This document shows positions 53,091 to 63,481 of a stretch of 64,000 nucleotides of DNA, one piece after another. The notes beneath the pieces were generated by a model. The model was not told the origin of the DNA. It saw only the letters and a list, made by a program, of their open reading frames with translations, and did not search any database. Both the position numbers and the translations under genes were made by a program. The stretch comes from Alphaproteobacteria bacterium (lineage in GTDB: Bacteria; Pseudomonadota; Alphaproteobacteria; JAAXGF01). Location: assembly GCA_963555825.3 (NCBI GenBank), contig CAUVXB020000002.1, positions 1,248,001-1,312,000 on the forward strand, read 5' to 3'. Positions within the stretch are counted from its first letter, which is position 1. Every line of letters begins with the position of its first letter.

Positions 53091-53648
53091 TCAGCGGTTC
53101 GCTCCGGGCACCCAGAGGACGTCCTTCTGGCCGTCGTCGTTGACCTGGCGGCCGAGCACGAAAAGGTGGTCCGACAGCCGGTTGATATAGCGCACCGCGG
53201 CCTCGTTGACCGGTTGCTCGGCCGCCAAGGCGGTGATCTCGCGCTCGGCGCGGCGCGTGAGCGTACGCGCGACGTGGAGATGGGCGGCCGCCTTGGTGCC
53301 GCCCGGCAGCACGAAAGAGGTCAGCGGGGCGAGCATGGCGTTGATCGCGTCGATCTCGGCTTCGAGGCGCTCGACCTGGGCATCGACGATGCGCAGCGCC
53401 TCGCGCTTGCCGTCGCCGGGCCGGCAGAGGTCGGCGCCGAGATCGAACAGATCATTCTGGATGCGTTGCAGCATCTCGTCGACCGCGGCCGAGACGTGCA
53501 GCCGGGCGACGCCGACCGCGGCGTTGGCCTCGTCGACCGCGCCGTAGGCCGCGACGCGCGGATCGTGCTTGGCGACGCGCGCGCCGTCGCCCAGCGAGGT
53601 CGCGCCCTTGTCGCCGCCCCGGGTGTAGATGCGCGTCAGCTTGACCAT
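53091..53648 (-). CDS. pduO: ATP:cob(I)alamin adenosyltransferase, PduO type
   Basis: IYTRGGDKG, YGAVDEAN, IQNDLFDLGADL, FVLPGG, RRAER, NRLSD. Confidence 0.93.
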   Translation of the reverse strand: MVKLTRIYTRGGDKGATSLGDGARVAKHDPRVAAYGAVDEANAAVGVARLHVSAAVDEMLQRIQNDLFDLGADLCRPGDGKREALRIVDAQVERLEAEIDAINAMLAPLTSFVLPGGTKAAAHLHVARTLTRRAEREITALAAEQPVNEAAVRYINRLSDHLFVLGRQVNDDGQKDVLWVPGANR

Positions 53649-53671
53649 GACGGGGGCTCCGGGCTCGTTAA

Positions 53672-53824
53672 ATTTCCGGTCATCGTTACGCGCGTCGAAG
53701 ATGACCTGCGCTCAATCGCCGCGCAGGCCAATCTATATCCCACAAGGACCGGCCGAACGGTCGGCGGCCTGCGGTCGCAGGCTGGTAGATTCCAAACGAT
53801 GTCCATCGATCGGATTATGCCCTA
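53672..53824 (+). repeat. Structured dispersed repeat (TAGAGCAT-ended family)
   Basis: GATGACCTGCGCTCAATCGCCGCGCA...GCTGGTAGATT...GATCGGATTATGCCCTA. Confidence 0.82.
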
Positions 53825-54943
53825 GTGTCCCGATTCCGAAGTTCGCATGATTTTCGCCTGCTGTTCAGCGATTTCGATTGTTCGGAGGCAGAAGCGCTGG
53901 ATGGCGCCGAGGATGTCATCGGCGGATTTGGTCCATTTGAAGGGTTTGGGGTTCTGGTTTGTCGTGTCGATGTAGTCGAGGATGGTGCGCTCCAACTCCT
54001 TGGTGGAGCGATGGACGCCGCGCCTGATCTGCTTGTCGGTCAGCAGCCCGAACCAGCGCTCGACCTGGTTCAGCCAGGAGGCGCTGGTGGGTGTGAAATG
54101 GGCCTGCCAGCGCGGCCGTTTGGCGAACCAGTCGCGGATCGCCTTGGTCTTGTGGGTCCCGTAGTTGTCCATGACGATGTGGATGTCGAGATCAGCAGGG
54201 ACGTTCGCCTCGACGAGGTCGAGGAATTTGCGGAACTCTCGGGCCCGATGGCGCGGGAAACATTTGCCGATGATCTCTCCCGTGGCGATGTCGAGGGCCG
54301 CGAAGAGAGAGGTCGTGCCGTGGCGCTTGTAGTCGTGGCTGCGCCGCTCCGCCTGCCCGGGGCGCATCGGCAAGAGGGGCTGGGAACGGTCCAGGGCCTG
54401 GATCTGGCTCTTTTCGTCGACACAGAGAACCAGGGCACGATCCGGCGGCGCCAAATACAGACCGACGATGTCGCGGACCTTCTCCACGAAGAAGGGATCG
54501 CTCGACAGCTTGAAGGTCTCCGAGCGATGCGGCTGCAAGCCGAAGGCCCGCCAGATGCGATGAATGGTCGAGGGCGCGTGGCCGCTCGCCCGCGCCATCG
54601 AGCGAAGGCTCCAATGGGTCGCGTCCGGCGGCGTCTCTTCCAGCGTCAGCCGGACCGCTTCCGCGATGGCGTCATCGCCGATTTGACGCGGCGCGCCGGG
54701 GCGGGGTTCGTCGTACAGACCGTCGAGGCCCTCCGCCGCATAGCGGCGACGCCACTTGCCCACGGTGTCCGCGCTCGCCTCGAGACGAACGGCGATCTCC
54801 TTGTTCTCCAACCCTTCCGCCGCCGCCAAGACGATCCGAGCCCGCCGCGCAAGCCCCTGCGACGTCTTGCGACGACGAGACAGCGCCTCCAATTCGGCGC
54901 GCTCGTCATCGCTCAAAGAGATCGTCACCGCCACTCTCGCCAT
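53822..54943 (-). CDS. IS630 transposase, single ORF
   Basis: HTH region, [32 protein letters not shown]. Confidence 0.95.
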   Translation of the reverse strand: MARVAVTISLSDDERAELEALSRRRKTSQGLARRARIVLAAAEGLENKEIAVRLEASADTVGKWRRRYAAEGLDGLYDEPRPGAPRQIGDDAIAEAVRLTLEETPPDATHWSLRSMARASGHAPSTIHRIWRAFGLQPHRSETFKLSSDPFFVEKVRDIVGLYLAPPDRALVLCVDEKSQIQALDRSQPLLPMRPGQAERRSHDYKRHGTTSLFAALDIATGEIIGKCFPRHRAREFRKFLDLVEANVPADLDIHIVMDNYGTHKTKAIRDWFAKRPRWQAHFTPTSASWLNQVERWFGLLTDKQIRRGVHRSTKELERTILDYIDTTNQNPKPFKWTKSADDILGAIQRFCLRTIEIAEQQAKIMRTSESGH

Positions 54944-55003
54944 CAATCGCGCCTCCTAAAAACAAATAGAGACATAATCATATCAATTTATCGATCAGGA
55001 CAC
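53825..55003 (-). mobile_element. IS630-family insertion sequence
   Basis: Ends GTGTCCCGAT / ATCAGGACAC; TA duplicated at 53823-24 and 55004-05. Confidence 0.93.
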
Positions 55004-55191
55004 TAGCCGCGGTTGATAAGGTAGAGGACGAACAGCAGCGCGATGGCGAGCGCCTGCACGGTGACGCGCGCGCGCATCAGCTTGTTGCCGTATTTGCGGT
55101 TGAATTCGCCGCCGCGCAACATCGCGATGACGCCGGCGATCAGCACGATCGCCGTGGCGGCGAGCGCGGCGATGATGAGCGCGTTGAGCAC
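55003..55191 (-). CDS. Twin transmembrane helix small protein (HIG1-like)
   Basis: TM-GGEFNRKYGNKLMRARV-TM; usual position upstream of pduO-etfBA. Confidence 0.85.
   Translation of the reverse strand: MLNALIIAALAATAIVLIAGVIAMLRGGEFNRKYGNKLMRARVTVQALAIALLFVLYLINRG
55076..55190. repeat. 115-bp direct repeat, copy 1 (copy 2 at 56572..56686)
   Basis: 3 mismatches over 115 nt by manual alignment; offset 1496 bp. Confidence 0.92.
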
Positions 55192-55329
55192 GGGTGCGGT
55201 TTCTCCTTCCCGTCGACTATAGGGTGCGGGACCGCCGCCGGGCCAGAGCCGATGGGCCGCTCTTGCAGGCTTCATCGGTTTCAACTGGTCTCTCGCTTGA
55301 TGAGGAGCGGCTTTGGCTTCTCGGCGGAT

Positions 55330-56553
55330 TTAATCCGCTTTAGCCATCGCGTTAATCGTCTTCACTAGCCTTCGCCCCACCGTCTCCGCCTCTCCATCCT
55401 TCAAACACTCGGCACCCAGCCACAGGGCCGGCCCATGGTGTACGGCGGCGAATATACGCGGATGGTCAGCCATGAGTCGCTCCGACAGCGTCGCCGGCGC
55501 GAGGCCGGCAAGCGGACCTTCGAAGCTCAGGAGCAGGTATGGGGCGCGGCCCTCTTCAGAGATCAGCCAGCGATGGGCGACGCCGGGGATGCTGGCGACC
55601 GCGGCTTCGATGGTCTCGAGCGCGGCGCGCCAGCGGCGGGTGTCGGTGGCGTGGTCGCGCGCCACGTAGTCGTGCAACGCAACGATCAGGCCGGCGATCT
55701 GCTCCTTGCCGATCTTCAGGCTGCGGCCGAGACCCATGAATCGGTCGTCGGGATCGGCGCGGCCGGTGGTCTCGGCCAGAACATCGAGGTCTTGATGCTG
55801 CAAGACCATCGAGCGCAGGAGGGCACGGCGGCAGGCGATGAAGCCGCTGGCCGGAGGGCCCTGCATCGCCTTGCTACCGGCGAAGGCGACGGCATCGGCG
55901 CCGGCCGTGACGATGGCGCGCAGGTTCTCCGCTGGCGGCAAGGCCATTGAGGCATCGACCACAACCGGGATGCCGGCGGCATGGGCGACGGCGGCCACTT
56001 CGACCAGAGGCGGCACCCCGCTCGGCTCCTTGTAAGGCGGGCCGGTGCAGTCAAAGAAGACACAGGCCACGTCGGGGTCGAGGGCCTCACGCAGGTATGC
56101 CAGCGGATCGGATGCGGCGGCGTCGACGAGACGCAACCGGGCGCCGGTTGCCCGCAGCGCGACGTCGTAATAGCCCCGGTGTTGCTTGAACATGACCACC
56201 GTGTGCGGCGGGTCGTCGATCCGCGGCAGCGCCTTGATGCGCTCCGGATCCTCGCCGGCGATGCAAGCGGCGACGGAGAGCGTCAGGCCGGCGGCAGCGC
56301 CAGGCAGGGCATACCCGGCTTCGGCTCCGGTCGCCTCGGCGACCGCGCTCGAGAGGGCCTCCTGCAACTCCGCCATGGGGACGAAAACCGCGGCCATCTC
56401 TCGCATCGCAGCTATCACCCGGGGGCTTAGGCTGGCGTTGCCCATCGTCGTCCACGGCCCGGTGGCGTTGATGACGGACTCGATGCCGAGCTCGGTCAGG
56501 ATGGTTGCCCGCGGGCGAGCGCCGCTCTGGGCAGTCTGAGGCGGAATGGTCAT
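55330..56553 (-). CDS. SelA-like / DgaE-like PLP-dependent enzyme
   Basis: VINATGxxTxxG, GAAAGL, VVVDAS, FAGSKAMQGP (PLP Lys), GRSLKIGKEQI. Confidence 0.85.
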   Translation of the reverse strand: MTIPPQTAQSGARPRATILTELGIESVINATGPWTTMGNASLSPRVIAAMREMAAVFVPMAELQEALSSAVAEATGAEAGYALPGAAAGLTLSVAACIAGEDPERIKALPRIDDPPHTVVMFKQHRGYYDVALRATGARLRLVDAAASDPLAYLREALDPDVACVFFDCTGPPYKEPSGVPPLVEVAAVAHAAGIPVVVDASMALPPAENLRAIVTAGADAVAFAGSKAMQGPPASGFIACRRALLRSMVLQHQDLDVLAETTGRADPDDRFMGLGRSLKIGKEQIAGLIVALHDYVARDHATDTRRWRAALETIEAAVASIPGVAHRWLISEEGRAPYLLLSFEGPLAGLAPATLSERLMADHPRIFAAVHHGPALWLGAECLKDGEAETVGRRLVKTINAMAKAD

Positions 56554-56687
56554 GGCGTGGTTCGGGTGCAAATCAGCTTGTTGCCGTATTTACGGTTAAA
56601 TTCGCCGCCGCGCAACATCGCGATGACGCCGGCGATCAGCACGATCACCGTGGCGGCGAGCGCGGCGATGATGAGCGCGTTGAGCAT
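56550..56687 (-). pseudogene. Truncated duplicate of the HIG1-like gene (45 aa), stop overlapping the selA-like ATG
   Basis: GGGAGG RBS; MLNALIIAALAATVIVLIAGVIAMLRGGEFNRKYGNKLICTRTTP*. Confidence 0.8.
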
Positions 56688-56808
56688 CGGCGGCCTCCCT
56701 CGATCCGCCAAGAGACGGCGATTCTGGCACGATGGGCGCGATTATGACAATGCACAGTGCGTCCGACTACGCTAATGTCGGGACAGGATCCGAACTCGGG
56801 AGGCGACA

Positions 56809-57579
56809 ATGGCCACCACCCCCGCACCGCAAGTGTTGCCGTGCGCGTGTAGCCCCGCCGAGTGGGAGACGCGCATCGAGCAGGCCGCGCTTTACCGGCT
56901 GCTTGATCTTTACGGTATGTCCGACCTCGCCAACCAGGTCGTCGGCGCGCGCGTCAAGGATGAGCCGGACCGATATCTGCTGCACCAATACGGCATGTTC
57001 TACGAGGAGGTCACCGCGTCGTCGCTGATCAAGACCGACGCCGTGGGTGCACCTGTCGATCCGGCGATGCCGGCGCCGGTCGACGGCGCCCAGAACCTCG
57101 CCAAGTGGATCTTCGGCGCGCGCCCCGAGGCCAATTTTTTCATCCACGGCCATTGCGAAGACGTCATGGCGGTAAGCGCGACCAAACGGGGCCTGCAGGC
57201 CGTCTCGCAAGCCGCCGTCTATTTGATGCACCTGACGACCTACATCGATTACGAGTTCTTCGAGGACGACGAATACACCGAGAAATTCACGCGTACGCTG
57301 GGCGCTCACGACATCATGATCACGCGCAACCATGGCTACTACGTGCTCGGCCGCTCGGCGTCCGAAGCATTTTTCCGGACCTATTATTTGCGCCAGGCGT
57401 GCTCGGTGCAGGTCAAGGTGCTTTCGATGGGCGAGGAACCACACATTATCGACCCCCAGGAAGTCGCGCGCTTCCAGGACCAGATGTACGGCTCGCCCGA
57501 CTACAACTACGACGGCTCGACCGAATGGGCAGCGCTCATTCGCAAGCTCGACCGCGAGCAGCCCGACTACAAGACCTGA
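56809..57579 (+). CDS. Class II aldolase/adducin family protein
   Basis: EWETRIEQAALYRL, YGMFYEEVTASSLIK, IHGH, RNHG. Confidence 0.9.
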   Translation: MATTPAPQVLPCACSPAEWETRIEQAALYRLLDLYGMSDLANQVVGARVKDEPDRYLLHQYGMFYEEVTASSLIKTDAVGAPVDPAMPAPVDGAQNLAKWIFGARPEANFFIHGHCEDVMAVSATKRGLQAVSQAAVYLMHLTTYIDYEFFEDDEYTEKFTRTLGAHDIMITRNHGYYVLGRSASEAFFRTYYLRQACSVQVKVLSMGEEPHIIDPQEVARFQDQMYGSPDYNYDGSTEWAALIRKLDREQPDYKT

Positions 57580-57603
57580 GCGCAAGCGCGACGAGCCGGA
57601 GGT

Positions 57604-59607
57604 TTACGCTGGCAAGCCGGCCTTGCGAAGTCCGTCGAGGAATCTTGCCTGGTCGTTTGGATCCTCGAATTCCCCGAACCGCGACCAATAGGCACACCAG
57701 CCCTCGATGTCGTCCTCGTCGGGTGTGCTCGGGTCGCTCGGCGTGAGTTCCCGCACCTCGGCGGCGGCCGCGTGGGCCTGCGCGTCACGGCCGAGCTGGG
57801 CATAGCAGGCCGCGATCCAAGCCGGACGGTGGAGGCCCCAGCCTTTGACCTTGCCGAAGGCCGCCAGCGCCTCTTCGTATCGTCCGGCGCCATACTCGGC
57901 CATGCCGAGGGTGTACAGGCAGTTGTCTGGCACCAGCGGGTTGAGGCGCATGGCCTCGAGGGAGCATTCGACGGCTTCGGAGGGATGGTCACTGAAAACG
58001 AGGAACCAAGCCTTCGTGCAGATGTTGTGGTAGTCGTTCGGGTTCAGCTCGAGCGCCTTATCGATATGCACCATCGCCAGTTCGTGTTGGCCGCGATAGA
58101 AGCAGGCGGACGCGATGGCATAGCGGGCCGGACTGTCCGCGTCGTCGAGGGCGACGGCCTTCTGCGCGAGATCATAAGCGCGGACGAGCGCCTCCTCGGG
58201 CGCTTCGGACCAGTTCTCCTCGTACTCGTGGATATAGCTGATCGACAGCCCCGCTACGGCCGCGGCGTAATCGGGGTCGAGTTCCAGCGCCCGCTCGAAG
58301 TGGCGGCGCGCTTCGAGTTCGCCGTCTTTCGTGTAGCGGTTCAGACATTGGCGGCCCTTGAGCAGGGAGTCGTATGCGACCGGGCCCCCGGAAGTTTTCT
58401 TCGCCGCGCGGCGTAGCTCCAGATGCTCGATCTGGCCCGCCAGCGTGGCGACGATGATGTCGGTGATCTCGTCCTCGACGGCGAAGATATCGTCGAGGTC
58501 GCGGTCATAGTGCTCGGCCCAAAGGCGCTGGCCGGTCGCCGCGTCGACGAGCTGCGCGGTCACTCGGACGCGCTCGGCGGCCTTGCGCACGCTGCCCTCG
58601 ACGATATGGGCGACGCCGAGGGTGCGGCCGATGTCGCGCAAATCGGCGGCGTGTTCGCGCACAATCAGGATCGACTTCACACCGATCACGAGGATTTCGC
58701 GGAACCGCGTGAGCCCGGCGATGACGTTCTCGGTCAGGCCGTCGGCGAAATAGGCTTGGTCGGGATCGCCGCTCTTGTTCTCGAAGGGCAGCACGGCGAC
58801 CGACGGCCCATCGGGCAGCGGCGGGTCGTCGGCCACTTGCTCTAGCGCCGTATCGGTCTCGCCCTCGGGCGCGGCCGCGCGTTGTTGGCGGATGTCGCGG
58901 TAGAGCGCGACGGTCTCGGGCTCGGGCTCAACGCCCAACTCACGCTTCAGGATTTCGCGGCAGGTCTCGAACTGCTTCAGCGCCGAGGCACGGCGCCCCT
59001 GCGCTGCATAGGCACGCATCAGGATGCGATGCGCCGCCTCGCGCAGCGGATCGAGGTTCAGCAGACGGGCCGCCGTCTCGACGCAACGTTCGGTATCGCC
59101 GACCTCGTCGCAATGGGCGATCAGCTTGGTCAGCACGGCGGACGCCTGGCGGCGCAGGCGTTCGCGCTCGGCCCGGGCCCAGGCCTCGAACGAGTCCTCC
59201 TTGAGGCTGAAGCCGTCCAAGAGGTCGCCCTTGTAGAGCGTGGCCGCGCGCTTCAGGGCGCCGGGCGTCGCCTCGGCGGCGAGCCGCTCGAATTTTGCGA
59301 CGTCGAGGTCGATGTCCTCCCCGGCGAGCGAGATCTGGTCGCCGTCGGTGACCAGATAAGCGGCCTCGTCGCCGTTCAGGGCCTTCCTGAGCGTCGAGAG
59401 CGCCTGGCGCAGATCGGCGCGCGCCTGTTCCTCGGCGCTGTTGCCCCAGAGCAATTCGGCGAGCTTCTCGCGCGACTGACCGCGGTCGCCCTGCAGCGCA
59501 AGATAAGCGACCAGCGCCCTCGCCTTCCTGGTCAGCGAGGCCCTGGCCGACGCTTCGCCGCCGGTAATATCGAGACCGCCGAGAAGCGCGATGCGCAATC
59601 CGGCCAT
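57604..59607 (-). CDS. SARP-type (BTAD) regulator fused to TolB-like and TPR domains
   Basis: SREKLAELLW, LRQALSTLRK, DPLREAAHR, ELGVEPEPET, PSVAVLPFEN, EGSVRK, TPRs. Confidence 0.9.
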   Translation of the reverse strand: MAGLRIALLGGLDITGGEASARASLTRKARALVAYLALQGDRGQSREKLAELLWGNSAEEQARADLRQALSTLRKALNGDEAAYLVTDGDQISLAGEDIDLDVAKFERLAAEATPGALKRAATLYKGDLLDGFSLKEDSFEAWARAERERLRRQASAVLTKLIAHCDEVGDTERCVETAARLLNLDPLREAAHRILMRAYAAQGRRASALKQFETCREILKRELGVEPEPETVALYRDIRQQRAAAPEGETDTALEQVADDPPLPDGPSVAVLPFENKSGDPDQAYFADGLTENVIAGLTRFREILVIGVKSILIVREHAADLRDIGRTLGVAHIVEGSVRKAAERVRVTAQLVDAATGQRLWAEHYDRDLDDIFAVEDEITDIIVATLAGQIEHLELRRAAKKTSGGPVAYDSLLKGRQCLNRYTKDGELEARRHFERALELDPDYAAAVAGLSISYIHEYEENWSEAPEEALVRAYDLAQKAVALDDADSPARYAIASACFYRGQHELAMVHIDKALELNPNDYHNICTKAWFLVFSDHPSEAVECSLEAMRLNPLVPDNCLYTLGMAEYGAGRYEEALAAFGKVKGWGLHRPAWIAACYAQLGRDAQAHAAAAEVRELTPSDPSTPDEDDIEGWCAYWSRFGEFEDPNDQARFLDGLRKAGLPA

Positions 59608-59810
59608 TGGTTTCCCCCCCGATGTCGCCCGAAGCATCGCACGCTCGCCGGCACTTTTCACAAAAAACCGACCCGGCAACCCGAATCGGGTCCGAATTTA
59701 CGAATTTTTCACAGTTCCACATACGCGGCCGGCACGCCGTACTGGCAATCTGGTTTCCAGTTCAATCAGGTAACCCATTTATAAACAGGCTAAAACAGGA
59801 GAATACCCCA

Positions 59811-60443
59811 ATGACCTACGTCGATTGGCAGATCAAGGGCGCCAAGATCAGCGCCTGCAATTGCAACTACGGCTGCCCGTGCCAGTTTAACGCGCCGCCG
59901 AGCTATGACAAATGCGAGGGGGTGGACGTGCTCGAAATCGAGGAGGGGCACTTCGGCGACGTCTCGCTCGACGGCCTGCGCGTCGGCTGTCTCGCGGGTT
60001 GGCCGGGCGCGATCCACGAGGGCGACGGCGTCGGCCAGGTGATCATCGACGAGCGCGCCGACGAGGCACAGCGCGACGCGCTCTACAAGATCGTCTCGGG
60101 CGAGGAGCAGGAACCGACCACCGCGTTCAGCATTTACGCCTCGACCATGCACGAGGACTACGCGGCGCTCTACAAGCCGATCGAGATGCGTTCCGACCTC
60201 GAGGCGCGCACCGCCGCGGTCTTCATTGCCGGTGTCGTCGAGATCGAGGTCCAGCCGATCCGCAACGCGGTCACCGGCGAGCCGCACCACGCGCGCGTCG
60301 TTCTGCCGCAGGGTTTCGAGTTCGACGAGGCCGAGCTCGCCAGCGCCAGTTTCACCGCGCTCGGCGAATTCACTTTCGACTACAAGGAACGCTCGGCCAT
60401 CTTCTCGCGCTTCGCCTATGGTCCGCAGGGAATCGTGAACTGA
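59811..60443 (+). CDS. DUF1326 family putative metal-binding protein
   Basis: CNCNYGCPCQF, IEEGHFGDVSLDGL, WPGAIHEG, IDERADEAQR. Confidence 0.88.
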   Translation: MTYVDWQIKGAKISACNCNYGCPCQFNAPPSYDKCEGVDVLEIEEGHFGDVSLDGLRVGCLAGWPGAIHEGDGVGQVIIDERADEAQRDALYKIVSGEEQEPTTAFSIYASTMHEDYAALYKPIEMRSDLEARTAAVFIAGVVEIEVQPIRNAVTGEPHHARVVLPQGFEFDEAELASASFTALGEFTFDYKERSAIFSRFAYGPQGIVN

Positions 60444-60467
60444 GCCTCGGCAATCAACGGGAGGACA

Positions 60468-61368
60468 ATGATGACCGGTTCGAACGCCCCGCCAAATGCT
60501 ACCAAGCGGGTCTCTGTGATCGGCCTGGGCAGCATGGGCAGCGCCCTTGCTGAAGCCTTGATCAACGCCGGTCACGAAGTCACGGGTTGGAATCGTACGC
60601 CAGGCAAGTGCGATGCATTGGTCGCGAAGGGGGCAAGCGCCGCGGGATCGGTGGCCGAGGCCGCAAGGGCGTCCGACGTCGTCATCGTCTGCTTGACCGA
60701 TCATGCCTCGAGCACGTTGGTTCTGCATACCGATGAGGTGGCCGGCGCGCTGCGCGGCAAGACGCTGGTGCAGCTCGGCACCGTCACCGCCGAGGAATCG
60801 CGCGACATGGGCCGCTGGGCAGATGAGCATGGCATCGGCTATCTCGACGGGTCGATCTTTGGCTACCCTCAGGATGTCCTGAACAACGACTGCACGATCG
60901 TCTATTCCGGTCCAAAGAGCGTCTTCGACACCAGCGAAGGTGTGCTTTCGGCCATGGGAGGCAAACCGAAACTCGTTGGTGAAGCGATCGGCGGCGCACT
61001 GACATTCGACAAGACGATCTATGCGTATTCCTATGGGTCAATTCTCGGCTTCCTGCACGGCGCCGCGATTTGTCACGCTGCCGGGTTATCCCTGGAGACC
61101 TATGTGGAACAAGTCGTCGGCTTCGGGGCGGGGTCGAAACCCCGCTTGGGCGAGATGTTGGTAAAGCAGTCGTACGAAGCGTCCGGGGGCGACAATGGAG
61201 ATCGAAGCGGCGGCGTACGGTCACGTCGTCAGGCTAATCGACGAATTTGGCCTCGACGCGACATTCTCGACGGCAGTGTCGGACCTTTTCGAGCGCGCCA
61301 TGGCCGATGGCCTCGGCGAGCAGGGGATCGCCGCCATGTTCAAAGTGTTGATCAAGAAGAGCGGGTGA
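60468..61368 (+). pseudogene. Imine reductase-like NAD(P)-dependent oxidoreductase, frameshifted in the G5 run at 61185-61189 (possibly a sequencing error)
   Basis: GLGSMGSALA, WNRTPGK, YLDGSI; removing one G restores ...SGATMEIEAAAYGHVV...AMADGLGEQGIAAMFKVL*. Confidence 0.8.
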
Positions 61369-61406
61369 TTGGATCGAAAGTTCGAGTTCCTGAGTTGGCT
61401 GACACC

Positions 61407-62171
61407 ATGAACAGCGCAACCAACCTGGAGGCGTTCCTCAAGCGCGATCGATGGTTCGTGCTCGCCGGCCTGGCGGGCGTAACGGCGCTCGCCTGGGTCT
61501 ATCTCGTCGTCATGGCGGCCGACATGGGCGCCATGGCGATGCCGGCCGTCGCGCCGTGGAGCGCCCTCGACTTCTGGCTGATGTTCGTCATGTGGGCGGT
61601 CATGATGGTCGGCATGATGCTGCCGAGCGCGGCGCCGATGATCCTGCTCTACGCCGCGGTCAGCCGCAAACAGCGCGGGCGCGGCCACGTCTTCGCAGCG
61701 ACCGGCGTCTTCGCCGCCGGCTATCTGGTCGCCTGGACGGTGTTCAGCCTCGCCGCGACCGCCTTGCAATGGGCGCTCGAACAGGCGGCGCTGTTGTCGC
61801 CGATGATGGTCGGCGCGAGCCCTTACCTGGGCGGCGCACTTCTCGTCGCCGCCGGCGTCTACCAGTGGACGCCGCTGAAGCACGCCTGTTTGGAAAACTG
61901 CCGCGCGCCGGCCGAGTTCCTGTCGCGGTCGTGGCGCAGCGGAACCGGCGGCGCCGTCGCGATGGGCGTCCACCACGGCGCCTATTGCGTCGGCTGCTGC
62001 TGGGTGCTCATGGGGTTGTTGTTCGTCGTCGGCGTGATGAACCTGTTGTGGGTCGCGGCCGTTACCGCCGTCGTGCTGATCGAGAAGGTCGCGCCCGGCG
62101 GCCATCGGTTCGCGCGCGCCGCCGGCGCCCTGTTCGTCGCGGCCGGCGCTTATGTCGTGGTTCACGGTTGA
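61407..62171 (+). CDS. DUF2182 family putative metal-binding membrane protein
   Basis: MWAVMMVGMMLPS, YQWTPLKHACLENCR, YCVGCCW, GVMN, EK. Confidence 0.9.
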   Translation: MNSATNLEAFLKRDRWFVLAGLAGVTALAWVYLVVMAADMGAMAMPAVAPWSALDFWLMFVMWAVMMVGMMLPSAAPMILLYAAVSRKQRGRGHVFAATGVFAAGYLVAWTVFSLAATALQWALEQAALLSPMMVGASPYLGGALLVAAGVYQWTPLKHACLENCRAPAEFLSRSWRSGTGGAVAMGVHHGAYCVGCCWVLMGLLFVVGVMNLLWVAAVTAVVLIEKVAPGGHRFARAAGALFVAAGAYVVVHG

Positions 62172-62215
62172 TCACTGATCCAAGGTATTACAGTTCAGCA
62201 ACGAGGCCATGCGCC

Positions 62216-63316
<1,101 letters not shown>

Positions 63317-63481
63317 GGCCGTCTCCCGTCGCGGCGCGCGTTAGCACCGCCCCCGCGCATATTACGGCATGCCGAGGGCGCGCCGTCGAGGCGAAATCCC
63401 ATGACGCCGGCCGTGGATTCATCCGAGTTCGTCCGCTAGTCTCGCGACCCGGCGACGTTGCCACGATGGTCGGAGGCGGAC

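Noticed and set aside
17943-53824. CRISPR array or integron attC sites among the repeats
   Set aside because: Copies are dispersed between core genes, not tandem with spacers; no cas or integrase gene
55330-56553. True selenocysteine synthase
   Set aside because: PLP motif FAGSK differs from FSGDKLLGG, the N-terminal tRNA-binding domain is missing and no selB is adjacent
60468-62171. Apparent 567-aa oxidoreductase-DUF2182 fusion
   Set aside because: Product of a one-base indel in a G5 run; the linker is off-frame sequence and the real C-terminus lies in another frame ending at 61368
62176-62190. TGATCCAAGGTAT resembling the MITE end
   Set aside because: 13 nt with 2 mismatches; could be chance
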